Made by a program: the position numbers and the translations under genes
Notes under the pieces: generated by a model
Seen by the model: the letters and a program-made list of their open reading frames with translations, nothing else
Databases searched by the model: none
What the model was told of the DNA's origin: nothing
Assembly: GCA_965649765.1 (NCBI GenBank)
Contig: OZ287748.1
Coordinates: forward strand, 52,204,001 to 52,268,000
Length of the DNA: 64,000 bases
Source: Bispira polyomma
Taxonomy: Eukaryota
Direction of reading: 5' to 3'
In this document: piece by piece, positions 13,546 to 25,554 of the stretch
How positions within the stretch are numbered: the first letter of the stretch is position 1
How the letters are laid out: the number at the start of each line of letters is the position of its first letter

Positions 13546-13870
13546 AATGGTTGTTCCACTTAGCCAATTTAGTCCCCGACCTTCTTGATTTTGAGGACCG
13601 GGGCGAGTTCGTATGGTCAACGGGAGAAAATGGGGCGAACACAGTGGTCGGCAAGGATATCCAACATGTTTTGATATTTTTATAAGTCCCCCGGACTAGT
13701 GCCCCGTACTTCAAAAACAAGAAGGTCAGCATCGCCAAATAAGTTCAATCGTATTGCCAATCTGGTCTGTCTGATAGGTGTTATCTCGCTCCAGGCCTGT
13801 CCTAACAAAGGCCTGTACGAACGTATAGCTCAGGGCGGAAAGGGGCGAAAAGGGTGGTGCGGAAGAACAA
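13546..13870 (-). mobile_element. Harbinger-family terminal fragment
   Basis: Begins AATGGTTGTTCCACT, the reverse complement of the right end at 22596-22610 and 32943-32957; subterminal sequence also aligns. Confidence 0.75.
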
Positions 13871-13919
13871 AAAACCATTTTGTCAGTTATTTTGCTATAC
13901 AAACACAGTGAATACTTCA

Positions 13920-14672
13920 GATCGTTACCCTTTACACAACTGGGCGATGATATACAGCCCTCTGATGATATTAAGAACCTTGGCATTACCATTGATTCTG
14001 CATTCTTATTGATACACACATCCGTGATATCGAAAGAATCAAAAATCAATTGTCACTGGAAACTTCCATCACTGTGGCTAACCCGCTTGTTAGCGGCTGT
14101 CTAGACTACTGCAATTCCCTTCTGCACTGAGCAAAAAAGTCTAACATAGACAAGTTGAAGTCTATTCAAAACTATCTGTGTCAGTAATTTTTCAAGGGAT
14201 CTGTACTGATGTCTCTCCATACCTCAAAAAACGACATTGTCTTCTCATTTATTATCGTGTTTTGTTTAAAATTCATGCAACTACTTTGGAACTGTTATCT
14301 ATCAACAGCTCTCCTACCTTGCTGCTCACCTTCCGTTCAGTAACCTTGAAAATGGAAAGAGACTTTCCGTTTCCTCTGTTAAACCAACCAAGAGGGCTGG
14401 ATTTGGAGCTTTCTATATTGCTGCCCATATGTTATGGAATAGTCTCTCTGTTTAACTTAAAACACTTTCTGGTTTTAGGAAAAAGCTTAAAACTTATCTC
14501 TTTAAACTCGCCCCCCCCCATACCCCCTTAATTCCCTCCTTGGACTCCCCCACATCCTTTCTTACGACCTTGGCTATGTTTTTTGACTTTTATGTTGGTT
14601 AACTGACTCTGTTGTTGCGCTTTAGAAGATGTCATGCATCAATAAGGTGCCTTAAAAATCCAAAATACAATA
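13920..14672 (+). mobile_element. L2/CR1-group LINE 3' fragment, decayed
   Basis: IQPSDDIKNLGITIDS, RLDYCNSLL and LKTYLF-like peptides; 3' UTR and short (TACAA)-type tail. Confidence 0.8.
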
Positions 14673-15425
14673 CACTATTTAAACACATACATGTTTAATA
14701 AATATTTGCAGAGTGAAATATAGTAATTTTCTATTATTGAGCAACTAAATTTAGAAGTATATGGCGTTCTAAATTTGAAAACAACTGTGTATTGCTAGTA
14801 TTTCACATATGCCTGTTGTAATATTATTACATCATGTTTGAATACACTACTTATGTGTGTGCGCTTACTGGAGCTTTTGAGTGACCTTCTATTTTAACAA
14901 CACTTAGGGCTGTTAACCCTCCATAAATACAGAGGTGCACAAGGATCTAACAAAGCAATCTTACCTGAAAATAAATACTCCAATATACAAGTATTTATCA
15001 TAATTACTTGTATGAAATACCTGCAATATTAAGTTACTTCACAGCACTAACTACTTTTATAGCTCTTTGTAATTCTGTAATTACTCACATATAATTTTAC
15101 CCAGTAGATTGCTCTCTAATACAAAACCGAGGCAGATTTTGTGTCATCGCTTAAGTTTCACTTGCTCAAGCAATTATCAATTGCTATACTTGAAGGCTGA
15201 AGGCTGTGTTGAAACATTATGCTGTATGTCTGAGGTTAAATGGTGTTTGCTACACTACCAGAATCTATCTTAAGAGAATGATAGAGATATTATGATCATT
15301 AGGATACTTCTGTATTACATAATATAAGTACAGGTGGACGTAGGTAAAAGGGTCAATCAGATTCCTCTTTTGTACCATGAATAGTTTTGTTGTTCACTTC
15401 GGTCTAGTTGTATTAGTACTTTTTT

Positions 15426-16288
15426 CTGTCTTACAGGTGTGTGTATTTAGTACTTGTACTGAGGTCAGTGTCCCTCAGTCTGTCTTAAAGATGTGTGTAT
15501 TTAGTATTTGTACTGAGGTCAGTGTCCACTCAGTTTGTCTTACGGGTGTGTGTATTAAGTACTTGTACCGAAGTCAGTGTCCCTCAATCTGTCTTATAGG
15601 TGTGTGTATTAAGTACTTGTACTGAAGTCAGTGTCCCTCAGTCTGTCTTATAGGTGTGTGTATTTAGTATTTGTAGTGAGGTCAGTGTCCACTCAGTCTG
15701 TCTTACAGGTGTGTGTATTAAGTACTTGTACTGAAGTCAATGTCCCTCAATCTGTCTTACAGGTGTGTGTATTAAGTATTTGTACTGAGGTCAGTGTCCA
15801 CTCAATCTGTCTTACAGGTGTGTGTATTAAGTACTCGTACTGAAGTCAGTCTCCCTCAGTCTGTCTCACAGGTGTGTGTATTAAGTATTTGTACTGAGGT
15901 CAGTGTCCACTCAGTCTGTCTCACAGGTGTGTGTATTAAGTACTTGTACTGAAGTCAATGTCCCTCAATCTGTCTTACAGGTGTGTGTATTAAGTACTTG
16001 TACTGAGGTCAGTGTCCCTCAGTCTGTCTTACAGGTGTGTGTATTAAGTACTTGTACTGAAGTCAATGTCCCTCAATCTGTCTTACAGGTGTGTGTATTA
16101 AGTACTTGTACTGAGGTCAGTGTCCCTCAATCTGTCTTACAGGTGTGTGTATTAAGTACTTGTACTGAGGTCAGTGTCCCTCAATCTGTCTTACAGGTGT
16201 ATGTATTAAGTACTTGTACTGAGGTCAGTGTCCCTCAATCTGTCTTACAGGTGTGTGTATCAAGTACTTGTACTGAAGTCAGTGTCCA
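15426..16288. repeat. Minisatellite, 54-bp unit, about 16 copies, ending about 65 bp before a Pcdh-A exon
   Basis: CTGTCTTACAGGTGTGTGTATTAAGTACTTGTACTGAGGTCAGTGTCCCTCAGT tandem. Confidence 0.95.
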
Positions 16289-16352
16289 AAGATATATGTG
16301 TTCATGGTAGTGTTACCACCATTCGCTGACTTAGTGTTGTGTTCTCTTTCAG

Positions 16353-16482
16353 CCCCGTACACGTGAGTTGGGTGCTCTACACAAGCTTGAGACTGACCAG
16401 GACAGTACTTACTCAGGTGATGGCTCTAACACAGATAGTGGCAAGGGACCTAGTGAGGAGGGGGACAACTCACACTCCCAGG
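16353..16482 (+). CDS. Pcdh: Protocadherin paralog A, internal cytoplasmic exon (phase 0 to 1)
   Basis: ttctctttcag acceptor and G|gtaagt donor; PRTRELGALHKLETDQDSTYSGDGSNTDSGKGPSEEGDNSHSQ matches Pcdh-B exon 2 in motif and phases. Confidence 0.88.
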
Positions 16483-17741
16483 GTAAGTCTCTAGATAGCC
16501 TACTTATGGCTTACACATCCTTCTATAAGATGGATTATCAGAATAATCTTTGAAGATACCTTTACTTTATAACTCTCACTGTTAGTGACATGGTTAAATA
16601 GTGTGGGGCCAATACTGTTTATTATTATCAATTAAAAAACATTCAGTTGTGTTGTTGGGGACAATTTGAGTATAAGACGTAAGACATCTCTCATACAAAG
16701 TTAATAAAATGTTACCATGTCACCTAGAGCATCGTTCATGGAAATTATTTACACTTTCTGGCCTAGAGCAAGTGCCACTATTTTTAGGCATATTTTCCAT
16801 TTAGCTTAAAATATTTATTTCAATAAGGGATTTAAAGATGAATTAGTGAAAGATTACTTTCCCTAAATAGTTGTAAAAGTGGATAGGCCAAATGTATTGA
16901 CGAAAGGAAGGCTTGCTAGACGATTGTTTATTTGTTGGGATAAGTTTCTCGTTTGATAGGCACACTCGTATGTACATACAGCATTGAATGTGAGGATAAG
17001 CATTTTATCCTGTAGAAATCCATCTGCAGCAGACAGTTGATCTAACAAAGATTGTGTAAAACACAACATTAGTGGTCAGTGTTTGTGGCGAGTACTGAAA
17101 CAGTATAACCACAGATCACACAGTCTGTATATCCACACTAGAAGTGATGATGTTAACGTAGTTTTACAAGACGTGTGTAGAGAAGCTCTCATTCCATTCA
17201 CTAAGCACTACATGATCGCCTTATTGGGACCTGGCTCATTATCCCTGACAATCCATTTTTATAGAACTTTGTGAGCACAAATATTCACCAAGTATCATAA
17301 TGCACTAGTTCACTATTTCAAAAAAAGTGAGTCTTAAATGATTCAGTATTACCACCATTGAAAGATGATCGCCAATAGATGTATGTATACCGCGACTGAG
17401 AACAACCTTCAAAGACAATGCCAATGTCCTATGAATGTTATACAGGTCTGCTAACTTTTGATGTAATATACCTTTGATTGATATATAATTATTGCGCTGG
17501 ACCATTAACAGAATGTATATGTAATAAAGTTTCATGATTTTCAGAGCCATTAAAAAATTTCTTTGCATTTTAGTTGCATTTTTAGTTACCTAAACAGACA
17601 TTAAATAAAGCAAAGTTTATAATTATAAGTTTCAAATAATCTTTAATACATTTTAATGAAACTCATTTTAATTTAATTACCAGACATTTGTTTATTTAAT
17701 TTGTTAAGTATTTTGTTTAAATACGCCTGATCTGCACAGCA

Positions 17742-18140
17742 CAAGAGGTGTTTATCATATTTTGACATCAGTTAAATGTTTAGAAAAACCTTGCTGCAAA
17801 AGTTCTCTAGAAAGGGATAAAAACCACAAGGATACAATATCTACGATTCAGAGGTTGACAGTCAATGTGAATGCACGAACTCAAAGCTTGGCATGCGTCT
17901 AGGGACAGTAAATAATATGGTAAAGAAGGTTTTAGAGGTAAATTGAGGAATAAATGTTCATCAACAGTGTCATAACCAGGTTTCTCTCAGATAGAAATGA
18001 TTTTACACCTGGTTCATGGTTTGGTGGGACTAACATAAGCTGTAAGGAAACATCAGATTGAAATGTGTTAAAAGTTATTTTCCAATTTTATACAAAAAGG
18101 TTATTACTCCATTTATCAAGAAAGATGTACCGAAATTGTT
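17742..18140 (+). mobile_element. Second Tc1/mariner-like remnant with left TIR, internally deleted
   Basis: CAAGAGGTGTTTATCATATTTTGACA TIR; about 17990-18140 aligns with 4200-4360. Confidence 0.7.
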
Positions 18141-18583
18141 ACCCCGGATTTTGTTGTTGTGCATAATGGACAGGACATTCAATTTTGATTTTATTTTGTT
18201 TAGGGCTTTTTACTTTTCGTTAAACCCAACAAAATTTTACACACTGTAAAGTGAATACTTAAACTAAGAATATTGTTAACCTTTACTAACAATTTCTTTC
18301 ACAAATCTTTACAAACTGACTTGGCAGTAATAAAGGCGATGCTCTATTGTATCGACTAGTGAGTGACAATTCTGACAGTATGTTATATGACATTTGAAAA
18401 CATTATCTCTACAGTTAATTATTCTGTGAAAAACTGTATAATGGAACTTTGAAAGTAAGGTTTCTATATAGTTTTAAATTGCAACATAAAAATTCAGGCC
18501 ACATATGATAACCCATAAGAATGGATAACTGCTGAGTTTGTGGTATTTTTAAGGCTTTACTTAAATTATTACCCTAAAATATA

Positions 18584-19050
18584 CCCTGGTCCCACCGGCA
18601 GTCACGTTAGGAGTCGTTTGAAAATTAATTTGCGTAGGTTTTGCGTGGTATTTGCGGGAGCTGACGTAATATACATAAACATACATAACCTGGCGTGAGG
18701 GTTGAGATGCAAGAAATTTATAATTTTAAACCGTTTGAAATTTGGACACGCAAGAGATGAAAAAGTATGACGTACTAAAACGTGGATATGCATCACAGTG
18801 TGTACATATGCGTCATTATGACGTCATTTTACATGTATTGACATACTCATACATGTACTTGGATGTGAACTTATGCATCCCCTGCGAGACTTTACAGCTT
18901 TTGACGTAATAATACATGAATTTTAACGTCTGTTGACGCCTTCAACGTGGAGAAAATCTTTAAATTCTAGTTTTGCATGACATTTTGCATCAAATATTTT
19001 ACAAGGCCATGTGTGACTTACATATTCTAACGTAAATCCGGTGGGACCGG
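18584..19050. mobile_element. Non-autonomous TIR element (CCC-terminus, possibly CMC/EnSpm-like)
   Basis: CCCTGGTCCCACCGG...CACGTTAG at left and CTAACGTAAATCCGGTGGGACC at right; related end in reverse orientation at 23170-23243. Confidence 0.65.
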
Positions 19051-19341
19051 CCCATAAATCTAGAAGTCGTTTATTATTGTCAATAGGTAAAGATCCTATT
19101 TGTTTCAACCATTGAAGTGAGGAAATCACAATTTTAAGTCTCAGATATTGTACCAATACACTTCTTAATGCTGTGTTATGCTATACCAGTACCAGTGTTC
19201 ATACCTTATTTTCTATGACTTTATAATAGTCCCAGGTTGTATTGTTAGTTCCATAATACAGTGATAAGTGCCATATTAATGTTATACCAATATACACCAG
19301 TGACTCTGCTAGTGTTGTATTATCCCTGTGTCACTACATCT

Positions 19342-19530
19342 GCCATTGTGGTCTAGTGGTAACACACTCCCTTTAGAATGCAGGGGACGTAGGTTCAATC
19401 CTAGCCTGGGCAACCATGTACAGGCAGATACAAAGCGGCTCGGATGACCACTTAAATTGGGATCCTCTGTCATTGGGTCCTGTCCCCAGTGGCAGGCTTA
19501 AGAACTTTGGGAATGTAAATAAATGGTCTT
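19342..19530 (+). mobile_element. Second family of tRNA-derived SINE, decayed
   Basis: A box TGGTCTAGTGG, B box GGTTCAATCC, followed by a non-tRNA core (GGATGACCACTTAAA...TTAAGAAC). Confidence 0.6.
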
Positions 19531-19716
19531 TATCAAGCCTCTCTGGTAGTCAATTAGCTGTTTGGTTACCAGATAGTGCCAGTTACATATACATGAGTAT
19601 AAATAACAATACACTACTGTGTCCATGTTGTGTAAATGTTAGATGCCATTGCCAGGTTTATTTTGTTACAAGATATACCAGTGTTCTATTAATTCTGTAC
19701 ATCTTTCTTTAACCAG

Positions 19717-20252
19717 GTGTTTGTACTGTGACTTTGACGCCAGTCTTAGAAGAAGATCAGAAGAATCATGATGTGATTTCCCACTCAAACTACAACACAT
19801 ACAGACATAACAGGCTTCACTACACTGAGCCACAGTATGGCTTCCATCGGTCCCTACCACACACTGTCATATCTGGAATTCCCAAATGTAAATGCAGATC
19901 ATGCAACACAAACAGATTTAGGACAGTCGTGTCTAAAACAAAAGACACTGTTTTCCCGGCAGACAGCAAAGAGGAGGTGAATACCCTGACCAGAGTGGAT
20001 AGAGTGGACAGCAGGACATCTCCTGACTGTCTCAAGTTGACCAGAGGTTGCAAAGCAGTGAGTTACCAGAAGGTCCCCGTGACGTATACAGGGAGCAGTC
20101 CACACCCCAGCCCTGGGAGAGGTGGAGAGGAGGAGGAGGGGGGATCTAGTACTACGTCTGGTAGCTATGTGGTAGACCACCACGATCTAAGTGACGTCAT
20201 GAATGACTCTCACTGGGACCTCAGTAACATCCCTCAACACTCGGTGGTGTGA
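19717..20252 (+). CDS. Pcdh: Protocadherin paralog A, terminal coding exon
   Basis: tttctttaaccag acceptor; phase-1 join (G+GT) stays in frame with the 174-aa ORF; acidic patch plus STTSGSY; ends HSVV* like Pcdh-B EDVV*. Confidence 0.8.
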
Positions 20253-20600
20253 TGTAACGGTGGTCTGATGTAACAGTGGATACAGTAAACTCCTAACTAA
20301 CATCCCTCAGTGATCTGATATAGCAGTAGATACAGTAAACTCCTAACTAACATCCCTCAGTAATCTGATATAACACTAGATACAGTAAACTCCTAACACC
20401 CCCAGTGATCTAATATAACACTAGATACAGTAAACTCCTAACTAACACCCCCCAGTGATCTAATATAACACTAGATACAGCAAACTCCTCATTAACATCA
20501 CGCAGTGGTTTGATATAACACTAGATACAGTAAACTCCTAACTAACATCCTTCTGTGATCTGATATAACAGTGGATACAGTGAACTCCTTACGAACATTT
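20225..20600. repeat. 50-bp tandem repeat at start of Pcdh-A 3' UTR (about 7 copies; a further copy at about 20803-20845)
   Basis: TAACATCCCTCAGTGATCTGATATAACACTAGATACAGTAAACTCCTAAC, period 50. Confidence 0.9.
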
Positions 20601-21177
20601 TGATACCAAATAACATTATATAAATTGAAAGGAAGTCTATTTTATTTGATCAACATTACCCTCCACTATTAACCAATCATATGTACTTATTAAACATACA
20701 CTACATAATAAAACTAAGAGGTGCGATGGGAGGTGCGATTGGAGATGACATATTCTGTTTCATTCCATTCCGATTCCATTCCAGCCTTTAGTACCTACCT
20801 CATTAACAACCCTCCGTGATCTGATATAACACAGGATACAGTAAACCGTGTTCATATCCCATCTTATCATTGTGTTCCTAATGAATGTGGTTATGCAAAT
20901 ACAATTACTGGAGATACATACTATGTTAGAATAGTATACTGAACAATGTGTGCAAGTGCATGTTCAATAGACAGTGTTAAACTTCAGTTTATTGCACTTT
21001 TTGATGATACAAGCATAGGAATTGTCAACAGAAAACATTTAAACATTTAAAACATCTATAAGTTGCATTTTAAATCTAAACTAGTAGAAACAGGATTTAT
21101 ATTAAACGTGTATGTAATTTATTACAGATGTAAACATTAATATATTTATTTAATTATGAGTTTAAATTGGAATAAGC

Positions 21178-21183
21178 AATAAA
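21178..21183 (+). terminator. Candidate polyadenylation signal for Pcdh-A
   Basis: AATAAA at the end of an AT-rich 3'-UTR-like stretch; another AATAAA at 20707. Confidence 0.35.
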
Positions 21184-21548
21184 TTTGATCAATTCACTGC
21201 ATACTTCCACCTGTTATGATTTACCATAGACATTTATTAGGATGGTTTGCCTCAAGTATTTAGTATGGAAAAATTTAGGGACACACAGTCAAGGCTCAGC
21301 CTGTGTTCCTGTGATGTTATTTAATCCGAGACAATCCAAAGTTATCCCACCGAATCCTTGTTTATATATGTTGATCACGCAAAGGTCTCACATATATTTG
21401 CAGTGCAAAAGGCATAAACCGATGAAAAAATTGACGTTAATGTACATGAAAATCTGTGCAAAGCCACAGCTTATACACATAGTTAGACGCACAAAAGGGC
21501 ACAGATTTACATGCTAATGTACATGAAAAAAGGCATTACTGCATATAA

Positions 21549-22918
21549 TGGTGCGTTCACATTGTCCAAGTTACATCCCGGCATCGCCCCGGCTAGGCGT
21601 TTACTCAAGACCTGAAGAACTTGGCTGATTGGGAGAGAAAAGACGGGCATATTCATTCATTTCATTTGCATATATTTGTATCCCTCGTTTATGACCCGTT
21701 TTAGCTTTGTTTTAGCCCCGTTTAGCCCCGTTTATGCCCAGTTTATGTAAAGTGATGGTTCCACATTTAAGTTCGATCGGCAAAATGGGCCCGACTTTAA
21801 AGTCGGGAAGGTCTGGGCAAAAAAATCAATAAAATTCGTTTTTAAGCGGGAAAATTAAAATGTGGGGCGACCTTCCCAATCGAACGGGACGCTGACCCCG
21901 ATTTTATTTGAACCTATATAGGATCAAACTTACTGGTAATAGGACCTGACGTATTGCCCTAGGATCTAAAGTGTCGCCAATAGGATCAGACGGATTCATA
22001 TCCCCGACCATAAGGATCGAACTTTTAAAAAGTCAAAGTTGGGACTGTTATGGTATAATATAGATGACAAAATGAGGTTATTGTAACTGAAATAAAAGAA
22101 ATAATACCTGTTTAGACCTCATTTTTGATGAAAGTTTGTTGTAAATATCAGCAAAAAATTTCATCGTTCGTGTACATGCACTACACCGGTAGTGGGTTTG
22201 ATGTCGCAAAGGTAAACAACTTTTAAACTGATTTCCATTATCAAGACTGACAAAATGGGCTTATATGTGTATCTTCATACATAAATTCTTCCCGACCTTC
22301 CAGACCACCCCGTTTTCGCCCCCCGACCGATCGACGGGCCAGTAATAGGACAGGTCTGGAGTGACATAAGACCTATCAGACAGAACGTATCGCCAATAGG
22401 ATCAAACTTATTCGCCATCGCCAATAGGATCAAACTTATTCGCCGAAGCCGACCGTCCCGTTTTTAGAGGTTTGGACCATTTTCAAAAAAGTTAACCATG
22501 CTTAACTTTCTTTCCGACCACCCCATTTTTGCCCCCTAACCACCCCGTACATGCCCTAGACCTCAAAGTCGGGAAGGTCAGGGACTAAATCTGATAGTGG
22601 AACCACCATTTAACGTTTTCTCCAGTTCTCTCCAGTTTAGGCAAGATCACACATGTTCCAAGCAGTTTAAGCATCATTTAGCCCCGTTTATGCCTCTTTT
22701 ATGCCGTTTTCTCGAGTTCTTTCAAGATGTGCTTTCACATCCGTCCACCCACAGAAGTTTTGAACATGTTCAAAATTTCCGGCTGTAGCTCCCGTTTTTG
22801 CCGTTCACCCCAATTCGCCCCAGTTCTGCCCCGTTTAAGCCCAGTTCTCAGACATTTGTTCAAGTCCTCACACGTTCTCAGAACGGGGACAGAGAACGTG
22901 GATAGTGTGAACCCCCCA
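21549..22918. mobile_element. Harbinger-type non-autonomous element A (contains nested element B)
   Basis: TIRs TGGTGCGTTCAC / GTGAACCCCCCA flanked by TAA and TTA; internal GCCCCGTTTA repeats on both sides of the nested insert. Confidence 0.75.
21751..22610 (+). mobile_element. Harbinger-type non-autonomous element B
   Basis: TIRs AGTGATGGTTCCAC / GTGGAACCACCATT with TAA duplication (21748-50, 22611-13); subtermini match the coding Harbinger at 29993-32957. Confidence 0.85.
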
Positions 22919-22949
22919 TTATCGCCTGTAAGAACAGGTTACAGCACTT

Positions 22950-23243
22950 TTATGTTTACGTAAAACCTAAATCTTACCTTGCGTCAATTTTCATCTTAAA
23001 CGGGGCTTGACAGCATTACTACACAAACTCTTGCACAGTCACGCATTCATTAAAATACGTCACCTCTCACAACAGTTACGCAAATATTGACCTTGAATTA
23101 TGCTGCATTCATCATCTTTTGCGTAACCTATTGTCAAGTTATGTACTTTCTCGTCTAATACGTTAACCCCTGCAAACTTTATGCAAAACCTACACAAATT
23201 TAGTTTTAAATGACATCCAGCATCATGGCCAGTGGGACGAGGG
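22950..23243 (-). mobile_element. End of a CCC-terminus TIR element related to 18584-19050
   Basis: Reverse complement of 23170-23243 aligns with 18584-18658. Confidence 0.6.
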
Positions 23244-23954
23244 CTCACACGTAGTATAATGTGGCTGCACATAAAGAAAAGGAAGTCAAAAGTTAAACAC
23301 AAAGTGTATATATGTATATATATATATATTTTGTGTTTATATATAGTAAATCTGTGACAATTATACAAATATGTAGAAGCAACGTGACATACTATAACCA
23401 CCCTAATGGCCGAGACGTTGCATTATTTTGTAATGTGTAGCATGACGATCTGACGTGGCCAGTTAAAACATAGGCATAGGTGATGTCATTTTCTGGAGTC
23501 AAGAACCTGTGATGGTGTAAGTATAAAAAAAGCATTAAGATATTGTCACGCTTATGTTAAATCTGTTACATACTTATTTGTTGATGGAGAGGGGGCAAAG
23601 AAGGTACATAATTCTGAGGTAGGGTCACTTACAGTTACGTCTTTGAAACAATTTTGGTTTTTAGTATGTGCGAGGTACTTTATTGTAATTGTAATTCGAC
23701 TTTTATAGTGCTTAATCTGCCCTTTATTAAGCACCAAGACTGTTATCCAATTTCGATATCCAGGGACAGAAAAAAGGCTGGCATCACAGAGAACACTAGG
23801 GAATGATTAAGACTAAGGTGGGTATGCCTTGGTGTACAGGCGGGTTTTAAGCTGCTTTCTAAAAGAGGCTAGAGAGGGGGGCGCACGGATCACATCAGGA
23901 AGAGGGTACAGTAAGGTACCCTACACTTTATTGCTACTTTATCACTACCTACCA

Positions 23955-24211
23955 GAGGGCCACGGTGGCCTAGTGGTTAGCAAGCATTGCGCTTCACAAT
24001 CACTGGTCTCTCACCTCTGGGCGGCGTGAGTTCCAATCCCGTCGATGCCTATGTGGGAAAGGTGGTAGTTCCTTACTGTGGGCCGCTGGTTTCTCTGCAG
24101 AACCTTGACCGACTGTATGCAGTGTTTCCTCCAGCGTTTTCAACTACCCGTCCCAATATAACCTACTAAAAGGTACTAGAGTGGACGTTAAATATCCAAA
24201 TTCAAATTCAA
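23955..24211 (+). mobile_element. Full-length tRNA-derived SINE with 14-bp TSD
   Basis: A and B boxes, (CAAATT)n tail, TSD ATCACTACCTACCA at 23941-23954 and 24212-24225. Confidence 0.93.
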
Positions 24212-25554
24212 ATCACTACCTACCACTAGGTAAAGCTACTTACTGCTTGTCAATGCTGCTTTGGTGAAAGATCTTATACAGATGCTCCGCAGAAACAGAG
24301 AATTCTGACACCAATATTTCAAACGGTTTGAATTAATTGTGGCAGTGGACTAAATGTAGACGATTGTGTAACGGCATACAACGTCAGGAACAGCACACAC
24401 AAAGAATACTCACTTTGTGATACTTTATGTAATTTTTTCAAACATGGTACTGTCGTAGCTCTTCAACAGAGAGGTGTGACCCTTACATTACAGAATCACA
24501 TCATTTTACAGCCAATTTTCAACCGATGGCTACAGGTGATAGACTAGGTTTATCTAGATATATACGGGGGGCACAAGTCAAAATATATTCTTCAAAGACC
24601 AGAGAGTAGTCAATGCATCCAGTTACTTGGTGTTAAAAATTGACGGCTCTGATGGAAAGGGGACAAATTTGTGTATCTAAGAATTCAATGTTCAGTACTA
24701 TAACACTGTTTAGCTTTAGAAAAACTAATAAAATGAAGCAAAACAAAACTTACACATTTCAATGTACATGTATTTCATGCATGTCACATTATTATTAAAT
24801 GATATTCAGCACCTTTTAATGACGTTTTTTTGAGAAAAAAGGCACATTTTTAAATCTGGCTGCTTTTCTATTATGACTAATGACTATTGTTTTGTTATTA
24901 CTAAGAAGGCACTGACTACCATTACCTAATTATACCAAGCATCTTCTTCCATAACCTTCCTAAATTTTTATGATAACTCACTGTATAAGTTGACATACTT
25001 TCATTGATTTGAAGGTTACTATTGCTTTACACAAACACATTTTTCAGGTTAGTTGGTCCAGGTTTTCTGCACTGCTATTCACCAGTATATAGCAAGTCTG
25101 CTGCCAACTAATAAAAGAGAAGGTAGGTACAAAGTGGGCAGAATCATATTGTCACTGTTAAAAAGATACAAAACAATAATGTCATACTTTGGGCAAACAT
25201 ATTAGGATGCTACGCATACTTGAGACTAACCTCTTTTTAGAATTGATATAAACATTTGTAAATATTTGTAGTAATTGCATCTAAAATAATGTTAACTTGG
25301 TGAAAATATATTAGTATCTAAGTATCTAAGAAATAGTGATCGATGCTCTAAAAAAGTCAGAATAATCAGAGTCCTTAATTGCAGAACAGTAAGTACATAA
25401 TTTCTAGTTGCTAAAGATGAGTAACAATAAATTACAAAAAAACTGTCCATTTTAAATGTATATTTATATGTATAACACATTTACAGTTGCTGAAATGTTT
25501 CATCCATTACAGTGACATTTGGTTCATCTTTTCACTGTAACATACGTCAGACAG

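Noticed and set aside
4721-17767. Composite transposon bounded by the two mariner TIRs
   Set aside because: The TIRs are a right end followed by a left end, so they belong to two separate decayed copies.
23955-24045. tRNA gene (also 12680-12768 and 19342-19412)
   Set aside because: tRNA-like heads continue into SINE bodies (with tail and TSD at 23955); no clean cloverleaf or oligo-T terminator.
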